A stretch of DNA of 64,000 nt from the human T2T-CHM13v2.0 reference genome, Homo sapiens, in NCBI RefSeq assembly GCF_009914755.1, contig NC_060947.1; one strand, 5' to 3'. Both the position numbers and the translations under genes were made by a program. Each line of letters opens with the position of its first letter. Position 1 is the stretch's first letter. A model generated the notes under the pieces. The model did no database searches. It worked only from the letters and a program-made list of their open reading frames with translations, and had not been told where the DNA came from. This document shows positions 1 to 13,190 of this stretch, piece after piece.

Positions 1-1178
1 TTTTTTTTTTTACTGTGTCTCTGCCAGGCTTTGGTATCAGGATGATGCTGGCCTCATAAAATGAGTTAGGGAGGATTTCCTCTTTTTGTATTGATTGGAA
101 TAGTTTCAGAAGGAATGGTACTAGCTCCTCTTTGAACCTCTGGTAGAATTCAGCTGTGATTCCATCTGGTCCTGGACTTTTTTTGGTTGGTAGGCTATTA
201 ATTATTGCCTCAACTTCAGAGCCTGTTATTGGCCTAATCAGGTATTCAACTTCTTCCAGGTTTAGTCTTGGGAGGGTGTATGTGTCCAGGAATTTATCCA
301 TTTCTTCTAGATTTTCTAGTTTATTTGCGTAGAGGTGTTTATAGTATTCTCTGATGGTAGTCTGTATTTCTGTGGGATTGATGGTGATATCCCCTTTATC
401 ATTTTTTATTGCTTCTATTTGATTATTCTCTCTTTTCTTCTTTATTAGTCTTGGTAGTGGTCTATCAACTTTGCAGATCTTTTCAAAAAACCAGCTCCTG
501 GATTCATTGATATTTTGAAGGGTTTTTTTGTGTCTGTATCTCCTTCAGTTCTGCTCTGATCTTAGTTATTTCTTGCCTTCTGCTAGCTTTTGAATGTGTT
601 TGCTCTTGCTTCTCTAGTTCTTTTAATTGTGATGTTAGGGTGTCAATTTTAGATCTTTCCTGATTTTTCTTGTGGGCATTTAGTGCTATAAATTTCCCTC
701 TACACACTGCTTTACATGTGTCTCAGAGGTTCTGGTATGTTGTATCTTTGTTCTCATTGGTTTCAAAGACCATCATTATTTCTGCCTTCATTTCGTTATG
801 TACCCAGTAGCCATTCAAGAGCAGGTTTTTCAGTTTCCATGTAGTTGAGCGGTTTTGAGTGAGTTTCTTAATCCTGAGTTCTAGTTTGATTGCAATTTGG
901 CATGTTTTTGCAGTGGCTGGTACCGGTTGTTCTTTTCCATGTTTAGTGCTTCCTTCAAGAGCTCTTGTAAGGCAGGCCTGGTGGTAACAAAATCTCTCAG
1001 CATTTGCTTGTCTGTAAAGGATTTTATTTCTCCTTCACTTATGAAGCTTAGTTTGGCTGGATATGAAATTCTGGGTTGAAATTCTTTTAAGAATGCTGAA
1101 TATTGGCACCCACTCTCTTCTGGCTTGTAGAATTTCTGCTGAGAGATCCGCTCTTATTCTGATGGGCTTCCCTTTGTG
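1..1178 (-). mobile_element. Inverted 5' segment of an L1PA element (ORF2 5' part joined to ORF1 3' end); extends beyond window start
   Basis: Reverse complement of L1 ORF2 (ORF 504..707 [26 protein letters not shown]) and ORF1 C-terminus ([21 protein letters not shown]); internal deletion at ~894. Confidence 0.9.
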
Positions 1179-2893
1179 TGCAAGGTACTGGTACCAAAAC
1201 AGAGATATAGACCAATGGAACAGAACAGAGCCCTCAGAAATAATACCACACATCTACAACCATCTGATCTTTGACAAACCTGACAAAAACAAGAAATGAG
1301 GAAAGGATTCCCTATTTAATAAATGGTGCTGGGAAATCTGGCTAGCCGTATGTAGAAAGCTGAAACTGGGCCATGTGCAGTGGCTCACGCCTGTAATCCC
1401 AGCACTTTGGGAGGCCAAGGTGGGTGGATCACGAGTTCAGGAGATCGAGACCATCCTGGCTAACACGGTGAAACCCCGTCTCCACGAAAAAATACAAAAA
1501 AATTAGCCAGGCATGGTGGCGGGTGCCTGTAGTCCCAGCTACTCAGGAGACTGAGTCAGGAGAAATGGCATGAGCCTGGGAGGCAGAGCCTGCAGTGAGC
1601 TGAGATCGCACCACTGCACTCCAGTCTGGGTGACAGAGCGAGACTCCGTCTCAAAAAAAAAAAAAAAAAAAAAAAAAAGAAAAAAAAGCTGAAACTGGAT
1701 CCCTTCCTTACACCTTATACAAAAATTCATTCAAGAGGGATTAAAGACTTAAATGTTAGACCTAAAACCATAAAAACCCTTCAAGAAAACCTAGGCATTA
1801 CCATTCAGGACATAGGCATGGGCAAGGACTTCATGACTAAAACACCAAAAGCAGTGGCAACAAAAGCCAAAATTGACAAATGGGATCCAATTAAACTAAG
1901 GAGCTTCTGCACAGCAAAAGAAACTACCATCAGAGTGAACAGGCAACCTACAGAATGGGAGAAAATTTTTGCAATCTACCCATCTGACAAAGGGCTAACA
2001 TCCAAAATCTACAAAGAAGTTAAACAAATTTACAAGAAAAAAATCAAACAACCCCATCAAAAATTGGGCAAAGGTATGAACAGACATTTCTCAAAAGAAG
2101 ACATTTATGCAGCCAACAGACACATGAAAAAATGTTCATCATCACTGGCCATCAGAGAAATGCAAATCAAAACCACAATGAGATACCATCTCACACCAGT
2201 TAGAATGGCAATCATTAAAAAGTCAGGAAACAACAGGTGCTGGAGAGGATGTGGAGGAATAGGAACACTTTTACCCTGTTGGTGGGAGTGTAAACTAGTT
2301 CATCTATTGTGGAAGACAGTGTGGCAATTCCTCAAGGATCTAGAACTAGAAATACCATTTGACCCAGCCATCCCATTATTGGGTATATACCCAAAGGACT
2401 ATAAATCATGCTGCTATAAAGACACATGCACATGTATGTTTCTTTTGGCACTATTCACAACAGCAAAGACTTGGAACCAACCCAAATGTCCATCAATGAT
2501 AGACTGGATTAAGAAAATGTGGCACATATACACCATGGGATACCATGCAGCCATAAAAAGGGTGAGTTCATGTCCTTTGTAGGGACATGGATGAAGCTGC
2601 AAACCATCATTCTCTGCAAAATATCACAAGGACAGAAAACCAAACACCGCATGTTCTCACTCATAGGTGGGAATTTAACAAAGAGAACACTTGGACACAG
2701 GATGGGGAATATCACACACCGGGCCCTGTCATGGGGTGTGGGGAGTGGGGAGGGATAGCATTAGGAGATATACCTAATGTAAATGATGAGTTAATGGGTG
2801 CAGCACACCAACATGGCACATGTATACATATGCAACAAACCTGCATGTTGTGCACATGTACCCTAGAACTTGAAGTATAATGAAAAAAAAAAA
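1179..2893 (+). mobile_element. 3' sense segment of the same L1PA (about PA5-PA7): disrupted ORF2 C-terminus, 3' UTR and poly(A)
   Basis: ORF 1818..2582 matches ORF2 C-terminus ([12 protein letters not shown]); 3' UTR ends gtaccctagaacttgaagtataat plus A-tail. Confidence 0.92.
1369..1684 (+). mobile_element. AluY inserted in L1PA ORF2
   Basis: Diagnostic gagatcgagaccatcctggctaacacggtg; long A-tail; TSD aaagctgaaactg at 1356-1368 and 1685-1697. Confidence 0.93.
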
Positions 2894-5800
2894 GCATAAA
2901 GTATAACTGGAGGAATCACATTACCTGACTTCAAATTATACAGAGTTATAGTAACTAAAACAACATGGTACTGGCATAAAAACAGACATATAGACCAATG
3001 AAACAGAATAGAGAATCCAGAAACAAATCCACACACCTACAGTAAACTCGTTTTTGACAAAGATTACCAAGAACCTACACTGGAGAATCACAATCTCTTC
3101 AACAAATGGTGCTGGTAAAATTGAATATCCATATGCAAAAGAATGAAATTAGACCCCTATCTCTCACTGTATACAAAAATCAAAACATAATGGATTAAAG
3201 ACTTCAATCTAAAACCTCCAAGTCTGATTCTTCTGCAAGAAAACATTGGGGAAATCTACAGGACGTTGAACTGGGGAAAAATTTCTTGAGCAATACCCCC
3301 ACAAGCAAAGCCACTGAAGCAAATATGGACAAATGAGATCACGACAAGTTAAAAAGATTCTGCACACAAAAGTATACAATCAACAAAGTGAATAGACAAC
3401 TTAAAAATGTGATAAAATATTTGCAAAATATCTATATGATAAGAGATTAGTAATCAGAATGTAAAAGGAGCTTAAATACTATGATATGGTGTGGCTGTGT
3501 CCCCCCCAAATCTCATCTTGAATTGTATCTCCCACAATTCCCACATGTAATGGGAGGGATTCAGTGGGTGGCAATTGAATCATGGGGGCTGGTCTTTCCC
3601 ATGCTGTTCTCATAATAGTGAATAAGTCTCACAAGATCTGATGGTTTTATAAAGAGGAGTTCCCCTGCACAAGTTCTCTCTCTTTGCCTGTCACCATCCG
3701 TGTAAGATGTGACTTTCTCCTCCTTCTGCCATGATTGTAAGGTCTCCCCAGTCATGTGGAACTGTGAGTTGATTAAACCTCTTTTTCTTTTTAAATTACC
3801 CAGTCTCACATATATTTTTATCAGCAGTGTGAAAACAGACTAAAACAGTAAATTGGTACAAGTAGAGTGGGGTGCTGCTCCAAAGTTACTCCAAAATGTG
3901 GAAGTGACTTTGGAACTGGGTAACAGGCAGAGGTTGGAACCATTTGGAGGGCTCAAAAGAAGACAGGGAAATGTGGGAAAGTTGGGAACTTCCTAGAGAC
4001 TTGTTGAAAGGCTTTGACCAAAATGCTGATAATGATATGGACAATGAAATTCAGGCTGAGGTGTTCTCAGATGGAGATGAGGAACTTGTTGGTAACTGGA
4101 GTAAAGGTGACTCTTGCTATGCTTTAGCAAAAAAAAAACTGGTGGCATTTTGCCCCTGCCCTAGAGATTTGTGGAACTTTGAACTTGAGCGAGATGATTT
4201 AGGGTCTCTGGCAGAAGAAATTTCTAATCAGCAGAGAATTCAAGAGATGACTTGGGTGCTGTTAAAAGCATTCAGTTTTAAAAGGGAAACAGCATAAAAG
4301 TTTGGAAAATTTGCAACCTGACAATGCGCTAGAAAAGAAAAACCCATTTTCTGAGGAGAAATTCAACCAGGCTATAGAAATTTGCATAAGTAACAAGAAG
4401 CCAAATGTTAATTGCCAAGACAATGGAGAAAATGTCTCCAAGGCATGTCAGAGGTCTTCATGGCAGCCCCTTCCATCACAGGCCTGGAGACCCAGGAGGA
4501 AACAATGGTATCTTGGGCTGGGCCCACGGCATCCTTGCTCTCTGCAGCCTAGGGACTTGGTGCCCTCTGTCCCAGATGCGCCAGCCATGCCTCAAAGGGG
4601 CCAAGATACAGCTCAAGCTGCTGCTTCAGAGGGTGGAAGCCCCAAGCCTTGGCAGCTTCCACATGGTGTTGAGCCTGTGGGTGTCCAGAAGCTAAGAGTT
4701 GAGGTTGGAGAACCTCTGCCTAGATTTCAGAGGATGTACAGAAATTCCTAGATGACCAGGCAGAAGTTTGCTGCAGGGATGGGGTCCTAATAAAGAACCT
4801 CTGATAGGGCGGAACAGATGGAAAATGTGGGGTCAGAGCCCCCACCCAGAAATCCTACTGGGGCACTGCCTTGTAGAGCTGTGAGAAGAGGGCCACCATC
4901 CTCTAGACCCTAGAATGGCAGATCCACCGATGGCTTGCACCATTCACCTGGAAAAGCAGCAAACACTCAATGCCAGTCCATAAAAGCAGCTAGGATGGGG
5001 GAGATACCCTGCAAAGCCACAGAGGTGGAGCTTCCCAAGGCTGTGGGAGCCTATCTCTTGCATCAGCATGACCTAGGTGTGAGACATGGAGTCAAAGGAG
5101 ATCATTTTGGAACTTTATGATTTTACTGCCCCAATGGATTTCAGACTTGCATAAGGCCTTTAGCCCCTTCGTTTCAGCCAATTTCTCCCATTTGGAATTT
5201 CTGTATTTATCCAATGCCTATATCCTCATTATATTTAGGAAGTAAGTAACTTGCTTTTGATTTTACAGGCTCAGAGGCAGAAGGGACTTGCCTTGTCTCA
5301 GAGGAGACTTTGGACTTTGACTTTTGAGTTAATGCTGAAATTAGTTAAGACTTTGAGGAGCTGTTGGGAAGGCATGATTGATTTTGAAATGTGAGGACAT
5401 GAGATTTGGGAGGGGTCAGGGGTCAAATATTATGGTTTGGCTGTGTCTCCATCCAAATCTCATCTTGAATTGTAGCTCCCACAATTCCCATGTGTCATGG
5501 GAGGGACCCAGTGAGAGGTAATTGAATCATGGGGATGGGTCTTTCCCATGTTGCTCTCATGATAGTGAATAAGTGTCATGAGATCTGATGGTTTCATAAA
5601 GAGGAGTTCCCCTGCACAAGTTCTCTCCCTTTGCCTGCCAACATTAATGTTAGACATGACTTTCTCCTTATTCCACCATAATTGTGAGGCCTCCTCAGCC
5701 ATTTGGAACTGTGAGCCCATTAAACCTCTTTTCCTTTGTAAATAACCCAGCCTCAGGTGTGCATTTATTAGCAGCATAAAAAGACTAATACACAATTGTA

Positions 5801-6287
5801 TAGGGAAAAAAACCCTAATAATTTGATTGAAAAATGGGCAAAATATTTGAATAGGCATTTCTCAAAAGAAGACATACATGTGACAAACATGCATATGAAA
5901 AGAAGCTCAACTTCCTTGATCTTCAGAGAAATACAAATCAAAACTACAGTGAGATATCATCTCACCCAGTAAAAATGACTTTTATCCAAAAGATAGGCAG
6001 TAATAAATACTGGCGAGGATGTGAAGAAATTGGAACCCTCGCACACTGTGGGAATGTAGATTGTACAACCACTACTGAGAACAGTTTGAAGGTTCCTCAA
6101 GAAACTAAAAATAGAGCTACAATATTACCCAGCAATCCCACAACTTGGTATATACAACCATAGGAAAGGAAATCAGTATATTGAAGAGGTATCTATGCTA
6201 TGCTCCTATCTTTGTTTCAGCACTGTTCACAATAGCCAAGATTTGGAAGCAACCTAAGTGTTCATCAACAGATAAATAGATAATGTG
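2894..6287 (+). mobile_element. Older L1 (L1MA-like) ORF2 3' region, interrupted by THE1 at 3482-5792
   Basis: ggaggaatcacattacctgacttcaaattatac...; L1 sequence resumes after 5792; no poly(A) end. Confidence 0.8.
3482..5792 (+). mobile_element. Full-length THE1 (THE1A-like) MaLR: 5' LTR 3482-3847, internal 3848-5427, 3' LTR 5428-5792
   Basis: LTRs start tgatatgg/tattatgg and end gactaaaaca/gactaataca; internal starts gtaaattggtac; purine tract before 3' LTR; broken internal ORF (3944..4297, 4302..4751). Confidence 0.92.
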
Positions 6288-9200
6288 GGATTGCTGGATC
6301 ATGTGGTAGCTCTATTTTTAGTTTTATGAGGACCCTCCAAATTTTTCTCCATAGTGGTTGTACTAATTTAGATTCCCACCAACAGTGTATAAGGCTTCTG
6401 TTTTTTTCACATCCTCAACAGCATTTGTTATTATCTGTCTTTTGGAGATAAGCCATTTTAACTGTGGTGAGATGATATTTCATTGTAGTTTTTATACGCA
6501 TTTCTTGGATGATCAATGATGTTGAGCATCTTTTCTTACATCTGTTTGCCATTTGTATTTCTTCTTCTGAGACATATCTATTCAGATCTTTTCCTCATTT
6601 TTAATTGTACTATTAGATTTCTTCCTATGGAGTTGTTTGAGCTCCTTATATATTCTGCTTATTAATCCTTTGTCAGATGGATAGTTTGTAAATATTTTCT
6701 CCCATTCTGTGGGTTTCCTCTTTACTTTGTTGGTTATATCCTTTGCTGTCCAAAAGATTTTTATCCTGAAGTAGTCCCATTTGTTTATTTCTTTTTTTGT
6801 TGACTGTGCTTTTGATGTATTACTCAAGAAATCTTTTCCAAGTCCGATGTCTTGGACAGTTACCCCAGTGTTACCCTTAGAACTTTCATAGTTGGAGTGC
6901 TAATATTTAAGTCTTTAATTCATTTTGATTTGATTTTTGTATCTGGTGAAAGATAAGAATCTACTTTCATTCTTCCACCTAAAGACATCCAATTTTCTTA
7001 GCATTTATTAAAAGACTGTCCTTTTCCCAACGTATGTTTTTGACATCTTTGTCAAAAATGAGCTCACTGCAGATGTCTGGATATGTTTCTGAGTTATCTA
7101 TCCTTTTCCATTAGTCTATGTGTCTATTTTTATTGAGTACCATGTTGTTTTGGTTACTATAACTCTGTAGGTCAATTTGAGATCAGGTACCATAATTCTT
7201 CCAGTTTTGTACTTTCTGCTCAGTATAGCTTTGGTTATCTGTGTCTTTTGTGGTTGCATCTAAATTTTAGGATTGCTTTATTTCTGTGAAGAATGTCATT
7301 AATATTTTAATAAAAATTACATTGACTCTGTAGATTCCTTTGAGACGTATGAATATTTTAACAATATTTATTCTTCCAATTTATGAACATAGAATATTTT
7401 TTCATATTTTTTCTCTTCAATATCTTACTACTTTGTTTTATGGTTTTCATTTTAGAGATTTTTCACTTCTTTGGTTAATTTCTAGGTATGTAATTTTATT
7501 TACAGCTATTAAAATAAGATTACTTTTTATTTCTATTTCAGATTGTTCACTGTTGACATATAGAAAAGCTAGTGATTTTTGTATGTTGCTTTTGTGTTCT
7601 TCCATTTTACTGGATTTGTTGATCAGTTCTAATTGTTTTTTTTTTGGTGGAATCTTTAAGTTTTTTCCAAATATAAGATCATATTATCTGTAAACAAGGA
7701 CAAGTTGTTTACTTCCTTTTAAATTTGGGTGTACTATATTGCTTTCTCTCATCTGATTGCTCTAGCTAGGACTTCCAGTACTATGTTGAATAACAGTTGT
7801 GATAGTGGGCATCCTTGTCATGCTCCAGATCTTAGAGAAAAGGCTTTAATTTGTCCCCATTTAGTATAATACTAGCTGTGGGTCTGTCATATATGGCTTC
7901 TATTATGTTGAGGAATGTCCCTTCTATCCCAGTTTTTTAGAGTTTCCATCATGAAGTGTTGTTGAATTTTATCAAATGCTATTTCAGCATCAATTGAAAT
8001 GATCATGATTTTTATCTTTCTTGACATGATGCATCACATTAATTTGCATATATTGAGCCATCCTTGCATTGCTGGAATTAAACACATTTGGTGATGATGA
8101 ATGATCTTTTACATGTAAATTTACATTCTGTTTAGTAATATTTTGTTGAGGATTTTTACATCAATATTCATCAGATATATTGGCCTGTAATTTCTTTCTT
8201 TCTTTATTTGTATTTTTGTGGTTTTTGTATCAGTGTAATACTGAACTCTTAGAACTAGTTTGGAAGTATTCCCTCTGCCTGTATTTTTTACAATAGTTTA
8301 AGTGGGATGCACATTACTTTTTCTCTATATGCTTGGTAGACTTCAGTAGTAAAGCCATCAGGACCAGTCCTTTTTTTTTTTTTCTGAAATACTTTTTATT
8401 ATGGCTTTGATCTCATTACTTGTTATTTATGTTTATGTTTTCAATTTATTCATGGTTCAATCTTGGTAAGCTATATGTCCCTAGGAATGTATTCATTTAT
8501 TCTATATTTTCCAATTCATTGGCATATAGTTGCTCATAACAGGTACTAATGATCCTTTGGATTTCTGCAGTACTGGTTGTAATGTCTCCCTTTTCATCTC
8601 TATTTTAGTTATTTGGGCATTTTGTCTTCTTAGTCTGGCTAAAGTTTTGTATATTTTGTTTACCTTTTCAAAATACCAGCTTTTTGTTTTATTGGTCTTT
8701 TGTATTATTTTCTTCATTTCAATTTTATTTATTTTCACACTTACTTTAGTATTTATTGTCTTCTACTAATTTTGGGTTCAATTTGTTCTTCTTTTCCTAC
8801 TTATTTAAGATGCATGATTAGGTTATGTATTTCAGCTTTTCTTCTTTTTTGATGTAGACACTTTTGGCTATAAACTACCATATTAGTACTGCCTTCACTG
8901 TATCTCATAGCTTTCAGAATGTTGTGTTTGTATCATAATTTGTTTCAAGAAATTTTTAAATTTACCTCTTAATCTTTTCATTGACCACTGATCATTCAAG
9001 AGCATATTTTTTAATTTCCATGTGTTACTATAGTTTCCAAAATTCCTGTTGCTATGGATTTCTGATTTTAGTTAATGTTGTTAAGAGAAGATGCTTCGTA
9101 TTATTTTATTTCTTAAAATGTATTGTGGCCTAACATATGGTCTACTTTTGAGAATCATCCATGTGCTTAGGAGAATGTATATTCCACACTCGTTGAAGGA

Positions 9201-9900
9201 AATGTTCTGTCAAATATCTATTAGGTCCATTTGGTCCTATATATTCACTTTACATACCAGGGTACTCCAGTGATGGGTGCATTATATTTACAGGTGTTAC
9301 ATTCTCTTGCAGAATTGACCCTATATCACTATATAATGACCTTCTTTGTCTCTATAGTTTTTCAGACAAAATATATTTTGCCTAATTTAAGTATAGCTCC
9401 TCCTGCTCTTTCTTATTTTTCATTTTCATAGAATATCTTTTTTAATTCCTTAAATATGTCATGCCACTTTCTCCTGACTTGTAAGGTTTCTACTGCAATG
9501 TCTGCTGCCAAATATATTGCAGCCCCATCATATGATATTTGTTCTTTTCTCTTGCTGCTTTTAGAATCCTTTCTTTATCTTTAACCTTTTGGCATTTGAT
9601 TTTTAAATTCCTTCAGGTAGTCTTCTTTGGGCTAAATCTGCTTGGTGTTCTATATCCTTTTTGTATTTGATTATTTATCTCTTTCTCTAGGTTTGCAAAG
9701 TTCTGTTATTATTCCTTTGAATAAACTTTCCATCCCTCTCTCTCTCTAACTCTTTATGGCCAATAACTTAAATATGCGGTTTTAAGTTACTAGGTTTTAA
9801 ATTTACTAGATCTTGCAGTCATGATTCTTTTTCTTTTTCTCTTCTAACTTTGTATTTTCAAATAGCCTGTCTTGAATCTCACTAATTCTTCTTCCTGCTT
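6284..9900 (-). mobile_element. L1MA-like LINE fragment (ORF2 plus part of ORF1) with internal deletions
   Basis: Minus-strand ORF remnants ([16 protein letters not shown]; KINKIEMKKIIQKTNKTKSWYFEK). Confidence 0.85.
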
Positions 9901-10046
9901 TGAAGAGGGACCCTAGTTTGTATGGCTAGCCTTGGAGAAGACTAGGACTGAGAGACAGGAGAACAGGGGAAGATCAGAGAAAATCTTTTTCTTCTGAAGC
10001 TACTTCTGAGGACTTAATTTGGGGTTATTGTTTTCTGAGCCCAACA
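9901..10046 (-). mobile_element. ERV1 LTR fragment (MER31-like)
   Basis: Ends ggggttattgttttctgagcccaaca, the reverse complement of the TGTTGGGGCTCAGAAAA LTR start. Confidence 0.55.
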
Positions 10047-10049
10047 CCA

Positions 10050-10300
10050 TATTAGAAATTAAATCTGGGAAAATTTTAAAACACAGGAATATATAAGCAC
10101 GTATTCCATTAATCATTAGAGCAATGACACCACATATCATGTAGCCTGAGAAAAACTCCCACTGCACCCTCAGGAGAAAATTAGACTGAATAAGTGAAAT
10201 AATATAATCATATAATAATGAAAATATTTTGACTCTGTGGGCCCTTTGAAAGGGTATGGGGAGGGTGGCATTTTTCCCTAAACCAAATTTTAGAACTACT
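10050..10300. mobile_element. hAT-Charlie DNA transposon remnant (MER119-like)
   Basis: gtagcct..aaaactcc(c)actg..atgaaaatatttttgac..tgaaagggt pattern; degenerate. Confidence 0.45.
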
Positions 10301-10522
10301 ACTCTTAATGAACTAAATGTTACCTATCTTTTAAAAAACTAAACATGATGTTTGGAGGTCTGTGGAACAAAATGGAACTGGAGTGTGGCATGCAGTCAAA
10401 AAGATTTTATGTTCTATTGTCCCTCTATCTAGTCAGTGGTTTAGAGCTAATGAAAAAATAGTGCCCACTAGAATTCCGGGCCTAACCCCTCAAGCCTAGA
10501 CTACAAGGCTACATCACCTTGT

Positions 10523-10700
10523 CAGTATTTCTCTAATGTGGTCAGAAGATCACCTCATTAGAATCAGTAAATAAACTAAAGATAACTGGGCCCCAGTACA
10601 GATCAATTGAATCAGAATCTAAGGGATGGAGCCAAGGAATCTGCTATTTTAATAAGATACCCAGGTCAGTCTGTTGCTCAATAATACCTAGAAACCACAG
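10523..10700. mobile_element. MER5-type hAT-Charlie MITE
   Basis: ctgggcccc..tgaatcagaatct..ggaatctgctattttaataag; cagt..tctc / gaaaccacag termini. Confidence 0.6.
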
Positions 10701-11924
10701 AAATAACCAAGTGTTCAGTTCACCCTGAAGTGGTGCAATGCTCCATACCTTTATTTGCTCTCATTTGACCATGTGCCAAAAGACCCAGTACCTCTATAAA
10801 GGTTCATCAGTTTGGCTCAGATCTTATTATAGGGCTGTTGAAACTTCACTACCTGAATGATATTCCTTTAGAAATTTCCTGTAGAAATTTTCTAAGAGTC
10901 CCTCTCTTATTGCCTTGCCCTCATCAATCTGATCTTTTATTCTGTTGAACTCCCACACTAAGTAAACACACATATCAATTCATCACTCTAAGAACTAGAG
11001 ATAGAAGATCTTAAATAGTTCAAAAATAAAGGCAAACTATCCAGGACCTTTAAACAAACACTTATGTCAGCAGCATGGGCATACGGCATAATTCAGGCAA
11101 GAATTAAGAATGGTCTCTCTGGATAGGCTTTATTATTATTTTAATTTTGAGTTTCATCAGCAAATTTTCCTGCACATTGAATTATAGTCAGTCTATAAAA
11201 GTGTTACACTTCCTCCAACAAGCTATTTATTTGACCACTTGAGAGGGATGTAGGGAAGGCTTCTGGGTGGGAAAATTTTTTTTCCCTCTAAAGTAACAAA
11301 TCATTTGGAGAATCAATCAATCAAATCTTCACTATCAGGAAACCATGCAACATTCTTTTTTCCCCAGGCCTTCCTCTTTAATCATCACACGCTTTCAGTG
11401 ATTCCTGTTGTGAAACACAAGTTTCTAAAGCCCAATTAAATATGTGGTCAAATACAAAAATGCCCTCTTTATTCGAACACAGCTACTACATTAAATATAA
11501 CAATGGGTGATTTTATGTAGTGCCAATTGAAAAGTTTAAAGCATTATACACCATGGGGTTTTTTTAATAGTGTGGTTAATCCTCACCACCTTAATGATTT
11601 AGGAAAAGAAAAAAGGCCTTATATGTAAGAGGGATAGGTGGCCACCTACACAATGCTAATTAAATTGTGCCAAGAAGTCTTCTTGCTCTAGAAATATCAC
11701 CTATGGTTATATGAACCTAACGTGTGAAGTGACTTACAGTTTGCAGAACAATTTCAAATAACTATATTTAATTTTCTCAACAGTTCTGAAATAGGAAAGG
11801 CATTATCATCTCTATTTTACATAAAAACACTGAGTCTAATATGTACAAGGAAATTATTATATTTAAGCCACCTAGTATGTGACAGTCATTATTCATACAC
11901 TACTTAACATAACTCTCTCTCTAA

Positions 11925-12060
11925 CCCCATTTTACAGGTAAGGAGAATGAGGTTTAGAGAAGTTAAGAAACCTATCCAAGATAACACAGTTGATAAGTGG
12001 TAAAGCTGAGATTAAACCCAGATTTGTGCCCTTATGATTCCAGAGTCAAAGCTCATAACA
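11925..12060 (-). mobile_element. MIR SINE fragment
   Basis: MIR core ccccattttacaggtaaggagaatgaggtttagagaagttaag. Confidence 0.7.
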
Positions 12061-12484
12061 ATTTTGAAAAACAGATTCATTTTTAATAAACTGATAAAAG
12101 GTTTCCAACATGAATTTCCAGTGTCTTGTTTATAAGCAAGATGAAATTAATCTAAAATATATTTTGTTTTTCAAACCAAGTACTCAAGAAATTAAGCATG
12201 CCCTCAACTCCTGGGCCCAGCAATTAAATCTGACATGGCAAATACATGTATTACACCATTATAAACTTATGGCCTGATGCTTTCTGTAAACTTTAACCTG
12301 TTTTCATTAACTGTTCTAATTTTATTAGTCCATGTTTGCATCTTAATTTATATTATATGCCCTATATGAACATAAACATATTGCTTTTATGTTTTAATTT
12401 ATATATTTATCTAATTCAGAAGGGTATTCTCTAGGGTTATCATTAATACCTCACTTGGATGACTCAAGCTCGGCCCCCATTTCA

Positions 12485-12485
<1 letters not shown>

Positions 12486-12530
<45 letters not shown>
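12486..12530. repeat. (CA)22 microsatellite
   Basis: Uninterrupted CA run. Confidence 0.98.
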
Positions 12531-12532
<2 letters not shown>

Positions 12533-12959
12533 CCATGGAAATAATATGAGGAACCCTATATCTTCTATATGTGCAGCTCAAGAGCTCAACATTAATTAAA
12601 TCTTAATATTGATAATGCTGGGCTCATATTGCCATTAGCTCCTCAGTAATGGTCACTTGATGCTGTCCTATAACCAATTCCTATTATCTGTCACCCACCC
12701 CAATTGCTCCAAGACAGTGTTTTCAGTCATCACCACCTTGCTACATTATTAACTAACACTTCAATCACTTGCTGCATCCCTGCAGAGGCAGACTTTCTGG
12801 GATGTGAGCATTATAGCCTGGATGATTTCTTCATTGCAGAACTACCTCTGGATGAGGGTCAATGGGTCCATGCATTACAAAAAACCTAAACTCAGATTTG
12901 GTACACACGTTTTTATCTGATCCACTTTTGTGATTGACCTAGAACTATAATTTAGAGGC

Positions 12960-13190
12960 CACGTGATTAAATGAATGAGATATTGGCTTTGGTGTCAAAT
13001 TGGCTGTATCTGAATATTGTTTGCCATTTACTAGCTTTGGGACCATGGGAAACTTCTACTTATTTTCTCTGACTCTCTTTTTCCTCATTTATAAAATGAG
13101 TATAATAATAATAGCTGCCTTAAAAGTTTGCTGTGACCATTAAATGAGACAATGTATATCAAATGTCTGGTGTACAGTAAGTGGTAAAAA
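12960..13190 (+). mobile_element. MIR SINE
   Basis: tttcctcatttataaaatgag..attaaatgagacaatgtat core. Confidence 0.7.

Noticed and set aside
3944-4751. THE1 internal ORFs as a domesticated gene
   Set aside because: The MaLR internal ORF is split by a stop and frameshift; typical decay
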